From Flavobacterium sp. (GTDB taxonomy: Bacteria > Bacteroidota > Bacteroidia > Flavobacteriales > Flavobacteriaceae), in NCBI RefSeq assembly GCF_035292545.1, contig NZ_DATDPV010000009.1, positions 24,239 to 88,238 of the forward strand: DNA of 64,000 nucleotides, written 5' to 3'. The notes below the pieces were generated by a model. The model did no database searches and was not told where the DNA came from. It worked only from the letters and a program-made list of their open reading frames with translations. Below, one piece after another: positions 10,483 through 20,976 of this stretch. How positions within the stretch are numbered: position 1 is the first letter of the stretch; each line of letters opens with the position of its first letter. A program made the translations under genes and the position numbers.

Positions 10483-12462
10483 TTAAATATTGTTTTTGTT
10501 GAGAATAATGACGATTTTGTTAAAATCGGCGGCGGCATTAATTACCGCTTTATATTCATCAAATTTCTCCAGAGGATAGTTTATAATATTATAATATTCG
10601 GTATTTTCAATCGTGATTTCAGTGTCGTTTTTATTGTAATTGCTGGTAAATGCAGCTTCGGTTTTACCATTTAATTGCGTTTTATAATCCATTACAAATT
10701 TTTCAAGGTTTTTTACGGAATATCCTTTTGGCAATAAAATTTTAATTTTACGTAAATAGGAATGGGGATTATCAATTTCTACGGGTAACGTTCTTTTGTT
10801 TTCTTGGTAAAGTTCCATTTGTTTTCCAATGGTTTGACCAATTGAAAATAAATAAGTGTCACCCGCTTTTTGAATTAGATCTTTTCCTTCAAAAGTTACC
10901 TCCATGATAAATGGTTTTTTACCAATAAATTCTGTTCCGTCGTTTTCCGTCCTTAAAGTTTTATATTCTGTATCAACAGTGTAATTTTCGGCAACACTCT
11001 TCAAAATAGTTTTATATTCTTCGGCAGAAGCAAAATCTTTGAGGGGTTGGAAATTTATAGCAGAATAACCGCCAAAAGTCATTTTGTTTGTAATGGTTGG
11101 GTTTTCTATGTCTTTTGTGAAATCAACGGTTATATCCATTAAATCATGTGTAATCTCTTTTCCCGGGATTTCTATAAAATTAATTTCTCCAATTCCCATA
11201 GCCACTCCGGCAAACATTTTTCCTTTAATAAATAATCCATTATTGTCTGCTAAATTTGCGGGAATTAATGGAATGCGATATTCTATTTCTGTAGGTGTTA
11301 AATACTTTTTGATTGTCGGGAAATAAAATAACAGATCATTCAGATTTTCATAACTCTCGAAATCCTTATCAAATGGAATTTTGTATCTACTGGAAGTAAA
11401 AACCACATTATTTTCAATCTGGAAGTTTTTGAAGATGGCTAAATATAATTTCAAAATATCACCTTGATTGGCTTGTTTTGTTTTAATTATATCGGATAAT
11501 GTTTCTTTAGAATCTATATATCTATTATAGGTAATGGTTTTTTTTATTTTATTTTCAATGTTCCAAATTTGCTCTTGTGAATCATTTGATTTTGGAATCA
11601 ATTTGCAAAAATCATCAATTGCTTTTAGTTGTTTTTTGTCAAGTTCCGGATTAATGCGTTCGTAAAAATTTGTTGAAAATTCTTTAAAGTTGTATAAATT
11701 TTTCGCGCCACTAATTAAATTTGTGTCCAGTTTGTATCGAAATATTTTTAATTTAACATCCCAATTAGAGTATTTTTCATCATTGTCTAAAGCAGGGATG
11801 TTTTTCTCAGAAAGAGCTAGAATAACTTTTTTGTCTAGTTTTTCAGAATCAATTGTAGGTTCGACCAATCCATTGTAAGATTTAGTTTTGAAAATTAGGT
11901 GCTCAGGATAAATTAATTCAAAATTAAGGTTCGCAATGGGATGTACGTCTTGCATTTTAAATGTTTTGCCATCTAATTCAGGTCCTTCTTCTACTACCAA
12001 AATTCGCTCTATTACAGCGCCTTTTTCAAGTCCGTTGATAGCAAAGTAGTTGAATTTGACTCCTTTCTCCTCGTCAATTTCTTCTTTAATGTCTTTTTTA
12101 TCTAATTTTATGATTTTTCCATTTTTTAAAATCACTCTGACTTTATTAGTAAGAATTGTTTCATTTTGATTAAAAGGAATGTAAATTTTATTATTTCTTT
12201 CGATGGCATCATCGGCATTAATATAAATTTTTTCATGTAATAAATAATACTGCTTTGCGACGTTACCAACAAGTAAAACTTCAATTTTTATGGTACGATC
12301 TAAGATTACCTCGTTTTGATTTTTATATTGCTCCGGAATTTCAACAGTTGTTTCTTTTTCCTTCCAGTCATAATTTTTAAAAGAATAATCCTGAGCAAAA
12401 AATAAAGAGGAATGAAGGATTGCCGTAAAAGTTAAGATTTTTTTTAAGAGTTTGTTTTTCAT
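10483..12462 (-). CDS. DUF3857-domain protein with degenerate transglutaminase-like domain
   Basis: Signal peptide, DUF3857-like N-terminus (GAVIE), GKQMELYQ...PVEIDNP C-terminus; catalytic Cys/His/Asp positions not conserved. Confidence 0.75.
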   Translation of the reverse strand: MKNKLLKKILTFTAILHSSLFFAQDYSFKNYDWKEKETTVEIPEQYKNQNEVILDRTIKIEVLLVGNVAKQYYLLHEKIYINADDAIERNNKIYIPFNQNETILTNKVRVILKNGKIIKLDKKDIKEEIDEEKGVKFNYFAINGLEKGAVIERILVVEEGPELDGKTFKMQDVHPIANLNFELIYPEHLIFKTKSYNGLVEPTIDSEKLDKKVILALSEKNIPALDNDEKYSNWDVKLKIFRYKLDTNLISGAKNLYNFKEFSTNFYERINPELDKKQLKAIDDFCKLIPKSNDSQEQIWNIENKIKKTITYNRYIDSKETLSDIIKTKQANQGDILKLYLAIFKNFQIENNVVFTSSRYKIPFDKDFESYENLNDLLFYFPTIKKYLTPTEIEYRIPLIPANLADNNGLFIKGKMFAGVAMGIGEINFIEIPGKEITHDLMDITVDFTKDIENPTITNKMTFGGYSAINFQPLKDFASAEEYKTILKSVAENYTVDTEYKTLRTENDGTEFIGKKPFIMEVTFEGKDLIQKAGDTYLFSIGQTIGKQMELYQENKRTLPVEIDNPHSYLRKIKILLPKGYSVKNLEKFVMDYKTQLNGKTEAAFTSNYNKNDTEITIENTEYYNIINYPLEKFDEYKAVINAAADFNKIVIILNKNNI

Positions 12463-14408
12463 TATTTTTCTAATAAAATTATGGTTTCGGTATAGTTGTT
12501 TTTTAGTTTTTTGATAGTTTCATTCCAAAGTTCGAAATCGGTATTATCAAGAATTAGTTTCTTTTGCTTTATTTGAATATTCAAGTATAATTTATTGTTT
12601 TTTACTTCATAAATAAAATTAGCTTTTACTAAATCATTATCTAAAATAAAATTCTTGGGCAGATATTTAACCGTATAATTCTGTGGAATATCTAATTCGT
12701 ACTGTGTGTTTGTAAAAGTTAAAAAATCAAATTCAAATTTGGAAAGCCTGTCTTTTTCGATACTAAGTTTTTCATAATATTTATCTAAAAATAAATTAAC
12801 ATAAATTTCTTTTTCCATTTTCACAATATAATTGTCTAAATCGAAATTGAAGTTCACTATGTAGGGTTTGTCTCTGTCTTTCAGATTTTCTTCGGTATAA
12901 TCTTTTAAATTAAATTTGTTATTGCCTTTTAAAACAAGGCTTTTGATCATTTCAAATCTAGTTTTATTGGTTGCGTCTCCAATTTGTGATAAATAGTGAC
13001 TTCTGTTAAATCCGTTAAACTGAATTTTTCCGGAACCGGTCAGTTTATCTTTTACAATTGCTAATTTGACTTCTTCTCTAACTTCATTTTTTTCAGCAGC
13101 AATAATAGGAACTTTAATAATCTTATAAGTGTCATTTTCATTAAAGAGCGCTTCCTTTCCTTGGATAAAAGCAGTAGGAATCCCGTAACGGGTTTCTTTA
13201 TCTGTCGCATCCAGGAAGATATAATTCTCCCCGGTTTTAAAAACGGCAATCATGTGATTGTCTACAGATGGAGTCGATAATTCGCTATACGTATAAGGAA
13301 TGCTCCGGCTACCTATCCATGAAATGAAAACATTGTCGATATTGGCATATTTAGCCATCGCTGTGATTATACTTGCCATGTCTTTGCAATCACCAAATTT
13401 TCTTTCGAATACAAAACTGGCTTCACGGGGAATAAAACCTTCGTACCCATTTTCGAAAGCAATATATTTGATATTATCTTTTACCCAATAGAAAATGCTT
13501 TTAATTTTATCGGCATCACTAGTTTGGTTTGCAACAATTTCTTGGGTTATTGCTTTTAAATCAGCATCTTCTTTTGTATTTAAATTTTTGACAAACCCTT
13601 TATAATAGTTGAACAATTTATTGACATCGTCCAATACTTCAATTTTTTCATCATTAATGCTGTAGTCCTTAATGTAAACATCTATATGTGGAATACTATA
13701 TAAAAAACCAGGGGAATTTGCTTCGAATTTTAAAGGTTTAACATCTCGTAGGGTCCATTTATAAATCCATTTTCCTTTTCTTTCTGTTTTTGAAAATTCA
13801 ATGGCATTCTTAGGGTCATTAAAAATTTTATACCCAATGTTGATGTTTTTTTCTGTTTTGATTTCTAAGGTTGAATTCTTCATAGGCAGACTATTCCCAA
13901 AGATAAATTTGTGCAGCAAATAGGGGTCTAAAAACTCGGTTTGATACTCATACACTTTTTTCGCTCCTGCTTCCAGATTTGGAAAAATAAGTTGACGTTC
14001 TTTTACATCATTATAAAAAATGGCACTTTCTCTGGATTGTTTTTCATTGGATTGCGTAACTTTTATCTTCTTTTCCTTACCATTGTTGTCATTGACAACA
14101 GAATAAGCGTCATAGCTTTTTAATTGCACCAATTCAGAATAGGAGAAGGATTCCTGATTGTTTTGAATCCCATTTTCCGAAAGAATTATGGATTCATAAT
14201 GATTGTCCTGAATGACTTTTATTTTTTTATTTTGGATGGAAAAATCATACGATTGAAAATCATTCAGGATTAGTTCATTAATGTCCGGATATGCTTTTCT
14301 ATACTCCTGAAGTAGATTTTGAGCGCTACCAATAGTGGAACAAAACCAAAAAAAAGCGATACAATAAACAAGTTTATTTGACGATGCCAACCAATTCATA
14401 TGAATCAT
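12462..14408 (-). CDS. DUF3857 plus transglutaminase-like (Cys-His-Asp) protein
   Basis: FPNLEAG, WVKDNIKYIA, GDCKD (Cys), DNHMIAV (His), FLDAT (Asp). Start may be the ATG at 14399. Confidence 0.85.
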   Translation of the reverse strand: MIHMNWLASSNKLVYCIAFFWFCSTIGSAQNLLQEYRKAYPDINELILNDFQSYDFSIQNKKIKVIQDNHYESIILSENGIQNNQESFSYSELVQLKSYDAYSVVNDNNGKEKKIKVTQSNEKQSRESAIFYNDVKERQLIFPNLEAGAKKVYEYQTEFLDPYLLHKFIFGNSLPMKNSTLEIKTEKNINIGYKIFNDPKNAIEFSKTERKGKWIYKWTLRDVKPLKFEANSPGFLYSIPHIDVYIKDYSINDEKIEVLDDVNKLFNYYKGFVKNLNTKEDADLKAITQEIVANQTSDADKIKSIFYWVKDNIKYIAFENGYEGFIPREASFVFERKFGDCKDMASIITAMAKYANIDNVFISWIGSRSIPYTYSELSTPSVDNHMIAVFKTGENYIFLDATDKETRYGIPTAFIQGKEALFNENDTYKIIKVPIIAAEKNEVREEVKLAIVKDKLTGSGKIQFNGFNRSHYLSQIGDATNKTRFEMIKSLVLKGNNKFNLKDYTEENLKDRDKPYIVNFNFDLDNYIVKMEKEIYVNLFLDKYYEKLSIEKDRLSKFEFDFLTFTNTQYELDIPQNYTVKYLPKNFILDNDLVKANFIYEVKNNKLYLNIQIKQKKLILDNTDFELWNETIKKLKNNYTETIILLEK

Positions 14409-17400
14409 ATTTTTTTGTGAGTATTAAAGTACCGTTATTGTAAATTAATGTATTTCCGTGTAATTGATCATTTTTATATTCTGCTGTAATCCAAGGTTTT
14501 TTGTCTTCTTTAAAATATTCCTGGATTCCTTCATAATTCCCATTTATTAATTTTTCTCTTTTATAAACGTTTCCGTTGGCATAGTATTCTATACGCTCAC
14601 CGTCTAATAAGTTTTTCGTGTAATTGGATTCAAATTCCGGCTTTCCTTCCATATTATTGATGATCAATTTTCCTTCCAGACTTCCTTTTACAAAATTTAA
14701 TTTTATAGCAGTTTTTCCGTTAGGATAGTATGAGGCGATTTCAGCAGTTTCCCCAGTTATTTCTACTTTTTCGTTTAGTTCACCAGTTTTATTTTTTCGG
14801 ATATAATATTTAATACTGTTATTTTGATATCCAATGGTTAAAATGGATTCTCCTTTTTGATTAAAATAGTTGTATTCGCCGTCAATTGATCCGTTTAATT
14901 TGTTGTAATCAAGCATTTTTGATTTATTATAATAGAAACGGGTTGTTTTTCCATGTTCATCACCAAAAGCACTTTCATCCAATAACTTTAAATTACCAAC
15001 TAAATCATAATGTTTTCCTATACCATTTAATTTCCCTGAATAATAGCTGTATTCGGTATAAACTGTTCCCAGAGGGCTATATCCTTTATACGAATTGTGT
15101 CTTACGCCATTAATATATTCGGATTCGGAAACCGGATTCCCCAATTTGTCTTTTGCAATAAATTTACCATTAAATTCCCCATTTACCATTTCATAAACCT
15201 GAACAGTAGTTCCATTATTATAACTGGTCGTAAACTTTCCTGTTTTGTTTTTATAATCAATGGTATTTTCTTTTTCCCCTTTTAAATTATAGGTTTCAAC
15301 ATAAGTTGTAATATCGGCGATAAATTTATCCGTACTTGAAATTGCACCATTTTGCCAATAAGTATTTTTTTCAAAATTCACATACCCATTAACAATATAT
15401 CCTTTTGTATTTATTGAACCGCTGGGATAAAATGTCTTATAGGGTCCATTCTGTTTTCCATCTGCATAACTAAAAACCCTGTCCAATTTACCGTTTTCAT
15501 AAACTTCATAAAGGCCATTAATAGTATCATTAGTATAATTTTTTATGGCACCGATTAATCCGTTTCGGTCATAATCATGGCTTAAACCATTCTGTTTTCC
15601 TTGCGAATACATTTCTTTTAATCTTAATATTCCGGATGAATAATTATAATTCCATTCTTTGATTTTCCTGCCTTTTTCAAAATTGCCCGTAACCATTAAA
15701 TCCCCATCAAAATTATTCATAACGAAAGATTTTTTCGTTAAATTAATTTCAACAGGTTTTGGATTGTTTTTCGAGTACTGAAGTCCTGACTTTAACTCTC
15801 CTGAGCTGTATTTTTCTTCAAAATATTTAATCTCTTTAATATCAAAATAGCTGTAAGTTTCAAGTTCTTCTTTATCATTATAGATTGATTCAGAAGATTT
15901 TTTTCCATTAGCAAAATAATAGATTGATTTTTTTATTTTTCCATCTTCGTAAATAGTTTCTCTCTCCAAAACTTTATTGCTAAAGAAACGTTTAAAAGTA
16001 CCTTGGATTTTTCCGTTAATATAAACAGCTTCCGTTTTTACTGTTTTCCCATCATAATATTCAAAGTAATTCCCGTTAATCAGGTCATCCTTATAATTAC
16101 AGGCTTCGATTAAATCTCCGGCTTCATTATAGCTTGAATAAGGCCCGTTTAATTTTCCGTTTACATAACTTGTTTCTGATTTTTTACTTCCATTTGAATA
16201 TAAACAAATCAATTTTCCGTCACGTTCCCCGTTAGTGAAATTTATTTCACATTGTTTTCCCCCATTTACATGATAAGAAGCACTTGTTTTACTTAGAATT
16301 CCGTCTTTATAATTTTCGATAATACTTATTAATCCGTTAGAAAAGTAGGTAGTTCTTGTACCATCAATTTTTCCATTTAGGAAAGTTTTCTCTTCGGTTA
16401 TATCACCATTTTCATCATAATATTTTTGTAACCCGTTTAATTCATCATTTTTGAAGTTCAATTCGCCATTCAGATTTCCATATTCATTTAGGTATTTGAA
16501 TTTACCCTCTTTTTTGCCATTAATTTTCGGACCGATAAAATATGGAATACCGTTTTTTATAAGCACAACAACTTCTTGCTGATTCCCAAAATGGTCTAGG
16601 TTCCTTTTAGCAAACGAATCCCAAAAATCAGTAAGGATATAATTATTATAGAAAGCGGTAATTTTTTTCTTTTGTGAAGTAAGTTTTTTGCCAATTTTAT
16701 CTTCCATTCCCAATAGAATGTAATAGGAGAAACCTTCAAATTGTGTCTTTTCAATAACATCTTTAATCCATGGGAGATAGGTAGTTTCAAAAAAACCTGT
16801 ACCCATTTTATGTTCTACGGAATATTCTGCAACAGCTTGAACTTGACGAATGATGACATCATCAATTTCTGATCTTACTTTATAGGCACTTTTTAACGGC
16901 AATTGATTTCTAAGAATGATTTCAATTTCTTCAAAATTATCACCTGATGTAGAAAAAACCAGTTTGCCTTTCTCTAAATAATTTTGTCCGAATTTAGCAT
17001 TCAGTTTTAAGATTGCTTTTTCTGCAAATCGTCCATTGGGTGCAATAATTAAATAGCTTAATAAAGCCAAGGTTCCTTCGGTTATGTTTCCATTTTCAAA
17101 GGCAAGTGTGCCTAATAAATAATGGGAAGTCGCATGGTTTGGATTGTTTGAAATAATTCGTTTTAATATATCAACGCTTTTTTGAACTTCTTCTTTTCTA
17201 ATATATAAAACAGCAAAGTTGTATAGGAAATTGGAGGAGTTTGAAAGGTATTTTTCTCCTTCTTTGAAAATTTTTTCTGATTGTACATAATCCTTTTCAT
17301 CGCTCAAAAAACTCCCATAAAGAGTATATAATGTGGGAAGTTCGGGCATTCTGTTTTTCTTGTATAAATCTTCGAAAAAAGCTTTCAACTCCTCTTTTTT

Positions 17401-17628
17401 TTCTAATGAAGAAAGTGCTATAGCTTTTTCATGCTGGGCATAAAGAAATTTCGGATCCGTTTCGCTAATTTTTTCAAATTCCTTTATGGCTTCGATATAT
17501 TTTTCTTTTTCACTAAATGAATTTCCTTTGCGGATTATAGAATCATTATTATAAACAAAAGCATAGTCTGTTTGGGAATAGGATTTTGAAAAATATCCAA
17601 TAAAAAGAATAAGAAGTAGTTTTTTCAT
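14374..17628 (-). CDS. Exported TPR plus MORN-variant repeat protein
   Basis: Signal peptide, N-terminal TPR-like helices, more than 20 repeats like NGKLNGPYSSYNEAG / YYANGNVYK. Confidence 0.85.
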   Translation of the reverse strand: MKKLLLILFIGYFSKSYSQTDYAFVYNNDSIIRKGNSFSEKEKYIEAIKEFEKISETDPKFLYAQHEKAIALSSLEKKEELKAFFEDLYKKNRMPELPTLYTLYGSFLSDEKDYVQSEKIFKEGEKYLSNSSNFLYNFAVLYIRKEEVQKSVDILKRIISNNPNHATSHYLLGTLAFENGNITEGTLALLSYLIIAPNGRFAEKAILKLNAKFGQNYLEKGKLVFSTSGDNFEEIEIILRNQLPLKSAYKVRSEIDDVIIRQVQAVAEYSVEHKMGTGFFETTYLPWIKDVIEKTQFEGFSYYILLGMEDKIGKKLTSQKKKITAFYNNYILTDFWDSFAKRNLDHFGNQQEVVVLIKNGIPYFIGPKINGKKEGKFKYLNEYGNLNGELNFKNDELNGLQKYYDENGDITEEKTFLNGKIDGTRTTYFSNGLISIIENYKDGILSKTSASYHVNGGKQCEINFTNGERDGKLICLYSNGSKKSETSYVNGKLNGPYSSYNEAGDLIEACNYKDDLINGNYFEYYDGKTVKTEAVYINGKIQGTFKRFFSNKVLERETIYEDGKIKKSIYYFANGKKSSESIYNDKEELETYSYFDIKEIKYFEEKYSSGELKSGLQYSKNNPKPVEINLTKKSFVMNNFDGDLMVTGNFEKGRKIKEWNYNYSSGILRLKEMYSQGKQNGLSHDYDRNGLIGAIKNYTNDTINGLYEVYENGKLDRVFSYADGKQNGPYKTFYPSGSINTKGYIVNGYVNFEKNTYWQNGAISSTDKFIADITTYVETYNLKGEKENTIDYKNKTGKFTTSYNNGTTVQVYEMVNGEFNGKFIAKDKLGNPVSESEYINGVRHNSYKGYSPLGTVYTEYSYYSGKLNGIGKHYDLVGNLKLLDESAFGDEHGKTTRFYYNKSKMLDYNKLNGSIDGEYNYFNQKGESILTIGYQNNSIKYYIRKNKTGELNEKVEITGETAEIASYYPNGKTAIKLNFVKGSLEGKLIINNMEGKPEFESNYTKNLLDGERIEYYANGNVYKREKLINGNYEGIQEYFKEDKKPWITAEYKNDQLHGNTLIYNNGTLILTKKYDSYELVGIVK

Positions 17629-17693
17629 TACAAATTTAAGTTTATCAAATATAGATTTTTTATTAAATATTTGTAAGAAATTGAATAAAAATT

Positions 17694-18137
17694 TTATGTG
17701 TTAATTTCTAAATCACGAACGTAATCTCCATACTCCAAATAAAACAATTCCAAAGCATTCATCTTTTCAAAGAAAAAATCAAAAATTTCATCCCAATATT
17801 TTCTGTTGCTCACGCTAACCCCTAATTTTTCAACCCAAATGCGGCTGATTGTTTTTCCGTTTTCCAGAACAAAGTTTTTTTCGAAAACCAAACCGGGAAC
17901 AAATTCCTCTTCCAGAATGTTTTTTAAAGATTCCAGTTTTTCAAAATATTGGATTCGCTTTAATTCGTTTCTATTTTCAATATCTATTAACACTTGTGCT
18001 TTGGTATTTTCTACATAAAATTTAAAAGAAAAATCCTTGATTTTCGTATCATACAGTACCCATTTTCTAGGATATTTATCAGCAAATGCAACCCAGAATT
18101 CTCTCTTTAACCGTTGGTTTTCCTCTTTACTGTACAT
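17694..18137 (-). CDS. DUF4268-domain protein
   Basis: MYSKEENQRLKREFW...KWVLYDTKIKDFSFKF, ENGKTISRIW; family typical of Flavobacteriaceae. Confidence 0.8.
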   Translation of the reverse strand: MYSKEENQRLKREFWVAFADKYPRKWVLYDTKIKDFSFKFYVENTKAQVLIDIENRNELKRIQYFEKLESLKNILEEEFVPGLVFEKNFVLENGKTISRIWVEKLGVSVSNRKYWDEIFDFFFEKMNALELFYLEYGDYVRDLEINT

Positions 18138-18240
18138 TTTTTATAGAATTATATTTTAGATTGATTTTTCAAAAATTTGCAAATGATTATTTTCTGAACT
18201 ATATTTATAGTTATTTTGAGTGTAAAAATAAGCTAAGATT

Positions 18241-18879
18241 ATGGATTTTCTCGAATTTATAAAATATGTGCCAAAAATAGAAAAAGAAAAACTTCTGGCA
18301 GCGGACGCACATCTGAAAATGGCGCCCTTAGAACGTGTTTTGTCTTTGGAAGAAACCGATTATAGCTATAAAAATCCAAGAAAAGCCGCAGTAATGATGC
18401 TTTTTTATCCTAAAAATAACCAAACCCATTTGGTGCTGATTGTCAGAAATTCTTATCCTGGTATACACTCCTCGCAAATTGCATTTCCTGGCGGGAAAGT
18501 CGAAATCGAAGACCCGTCGCTTAAGCATACCGCTTTGCGTGAAACCCATGAAGAAATAGGAATTCATCCCGAAAAAATTCAGGTAATTAAAGCTTTTACA
18601 GAGATTTATATTCCACCAAGTAATTTCCTGGTAGCACCCTTTATGGGAATATCTCATTCCGAATTGACTTTTACCCAACAATTAGATGAAGTCGCCGGAA
18701 TTATTGAACTACCAATTGCGGATTTTCTGAATGAGGAGAATATCGTAATGAAACGGATGAATACGTCTTATGCTACTGATATTGAGGTTCCTGCTTTTAA
18801 AATCAACGAGCATTATGTTTGGGGAGCCACTGCCATGATGATGAGCGAATTGAAAGAAGTGTTGAAAAGAGTCCTTTAA
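18241..18879 (+). CDS. Nudix hydrolase, CoA pyrophosphatase type
   Basis: HSSQIAFPGGK...ALRETHEEIG Nudix box, VWGATA. Confidence 0.9.
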   Translation: MDFLEFIKYVPKIEKEKLLAADAHLKMAPLERVLSLEETDYSYKNPRKAAVMMLFYPKNNQTHLVLIVRNSYPGIHSSQIAFPGGKVEIEDPSLKHTALRETHEEIGIHPEKIQVIKAFTEIYIPPSNFLVAPFMGISHSELTFTQQLDEVAGIIELPIADFLNEENIVMKRMNTSYATDIEVPAFKINEHYVWGATAMMMSELKEVLKRVL

Positions 18880-18928
18880 TTTGTAACTTTTTGTAAATTT
18901 GCGCTTTACTTTTCCTAACAAGCTTACT

Positions 18929-19738
18929 ATGGGTTTATTCAAAAGAAATCCTTTTGGTCATATACTTTTTATAAAAAAATGGTTAATCCGAATTTTTGGA
19001 GGTATTACACATAGACGTTATAGAGGTTTTAACGAATTACACATCGAAGGTTCCGAAATCATCAGAGCACTTCCTGATACCAATGTACTTTTTATCTCCA
19101 ATCATCAGACTTATTTTGCGGATGTAGTGGCGATGTTTCACGTTTTTAACGCCAGTTTAAAAGGCCGTGAAGACAATATCAAAAATGTTTTGTATCTCTG
19201 GAATCCCAAGTTAAATATCTATTATGTAGCGGCCAAAGAAACCATGCGAGCCGGATTATTACCAAGAATTTTAGCTTACGCCGGTGCCATAACTGTAGAA
19301 AGAACCTGGCGAGCCAAAGGAAAAGACGTAACTGAAAAAAGGGATGTGAATCCAAACGATACCGAAAATATTCGAATTGCACTTAAAGATGGCTGGGTTA
19401 TTACTTTTCCTCAAGGAACTACAAAATCATTCAAACCCGTTCGTAAAGGAACAGCGCATATCATCAAAGAGCACCGGCCTATTGTAGTTCCAATCGTAAT
19501 TGATGGTTTCCGCCGTTCGTTTGATAAAAAAGGATTACGGATGAAAAAGAAAGGTATTCTGCAATCGTTCATCATCAAAGCACCGCTTGAAATCGATTAT
19601 GATAATGATACCATAGAGCAAATTGTTGAAAAAGTAGAATATGCCATCGAGCAACATGCTTCGTTTTTAAAAGTGATCCCTGCCGAAGAAATCGAAGTTC
19701 AAAAAGAATTAAACCGTTTGAGAAAATGGGAATATTAG
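18929..19738 (+). CDS. Lysophospholipid acyltransferase (PlsC-like)
   Basis: NHQTYFAD (HX4D) and FPQGT motifs. TAAATTTG box at 18894-18901 supports ATG 18929. Confidence 0.88.
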   Translation: MGLFKRNPFGHILFIKKWLIRIFGGITHRRYRGFNELHIEGSEIIRALPDTNVLFISNHQTYFADVVAMFHVFNASLKGREDNIKNVLYLWNPKLNIYYVAAKETMRAGLLPRILAYAGAITVERTWRAKGKDVTEKRDVNPNDTENIRIALKDGWVITFPQGTTKSFKPVRKGTAHIIKEHRPIVVPIVIDGFRRSFDKKGLRMKKKGILQSFIIKAPLEIDYDNDTIEQIVEKVEYAIEQHASFLKVIPAEEIEVQKELNRLRKWEY

Positions 19739-19786
19739 TTTAAGTTTTTTTAGATGCTAAACTTACGTTATCGTAATATAAAAACT

Positions 19787-20389
19787 TTACAATTCAATCT
19801 TCTCTAATTCCCTATGGTTCTTGTAAAGTTTCTTTAATAAAATACCATAAACAATTCGGTAAAATACCCAAAATGCCAATGACCACAGCATAAATTTCAT
19901 TAAAAGAGTCATTATATTTTTCACTTTTACATCTTCGTTGCTGAACTTCATAACAATCACAATGGTAATCGCGTAACTAACAAATAACATGGCGTAATTG
20001 TACCAGATATAATATTTTACTGTTCTTCTCGTCTTCAGAATGTTTTCCATCAATTGGTGTATCGTGTCCGTAGTGGAAATGGTTTTATGATTTTTGTAAA
20101 ACAAATAAATAAACGCAATGAGGACCACGTAATTAAATACATTTATCCAAAACATCAATTCCTCAACACCATATTTTTGTAATTTCGCGTGATATTTCGC
20201 ATCATTTTGATAGACATAAATCACAGTCCAAAACAAAAACTCAATAATACTAATAATAAAAAGCCACTTCACAATCGAAGACGATTTTTTATGTATCATT
20301 TTATAAATTTCCGTTTCCGAAACCTGCTCAAAAGAATTCGTATTCTTTTTCCAGTCTTTTTTCAATAAATCCAGCTCTTTCATAATCAT
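19787..20389 (-). CDS. Membrane protein, probable anti-sigma partner of the ECF sigma factor
   Basis: Four TM segments; start overlaps the stop of the sigma gene at 20389. Confidence 0.65.
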   Translation of the reverse strand: MIMKELDLLKKDWKKNTNSFEQVSETEIYKMIHKKSSSIVKWLFIISIIEFLFWTVIYVYQNDAKYHAKLQKYGVEELMFWINVFNYVVLIAFIYLFYKNHKTISTTDTIHQLMENILKTRRTVKYYIWYNYAMLFVSYAITIVIVMKFSNEDVKVKNIMTLLMKFMLWSLAFWVFYRIVYGILLKKLYKNHRELEKIEL

Positions 20390-20883
20390 TAAGGATTTAA
20401 TATTTTTTTTAATTTCCCTTTAATTCGGTTCATTTTCACCCTTGCATTCACTTCGCTAATTCCCAAAGTTTCCGAAATCTCCCGATAATCCTTATCTTCA
20501 AGATACATAAAAATCAATGCTTTTTCAATATCATTCAGTTGATAAACCGCCTGATACATCAATTTTAACTGCTCTTCTTCCTCAAAATTATATTCTTCCT
20601 GACTGATAAAAAACTGATGTTTTTCATAATCTACCGTAGAAACCGACCGGGTACTTTTGCGATATAAAGTTATCGCCGTATTCAGGGCCACCCGATAGGC
20701 CCAGGTCGAAAATTTTGCCTCGCCACGAAACTTCGGAAAAGCCCTCCACAACTGAATCGTGATTTCCTGAAACAAATCCTTATGCGCATCAGCGCCAGAA
20801 GTATACAGCCTACAAATCTTGTGGATGATATTCTGGTTTTCCCCCAACTGCTGTACAAATGATTGTTCTAAATCTTCGCCCAT
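20389..20883 (-). CDS. ECF RNA polymerase sigma-70 factor
   Basis: DLFQEITIQLW, FSTWAYRVALNT region 2; YREISETLGISEVNARVKMNR region 4. Confidence 0.93.
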   Translation of the reverse strand: MGEDLEQSFVQQLGENQNIIHKICRLYTSGADAHKDLFQEITIQLWRAFPKFRGEAKFSTWAYRVALNTAITLYRKSTRSVSTVDYEKHQFFISQEEYNFEEEEQLKLMYQAVYQLNDIEKALIFMYLEDKDYREISETLGISEVNARVKMNRIKGKLKKILNP

Positions 20884-20976
20884 AAAAGAGTAGTGTGCCT
20901 AAACTTAATTATGTTACAAAATACCACTTTTTTATTTTCCTGAAGCAACAATTCCCGCATTTTTTTAAATGCCGTT

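Noticed and set aside
14374-17628. Calling the MORN-repeat protein a YwqK-type antitoxin of a TA system
   Set aside because: It has a signal peptide and TPRs, is 1084 aa, and has no adjacent toxin gene; only the repeat type is shared
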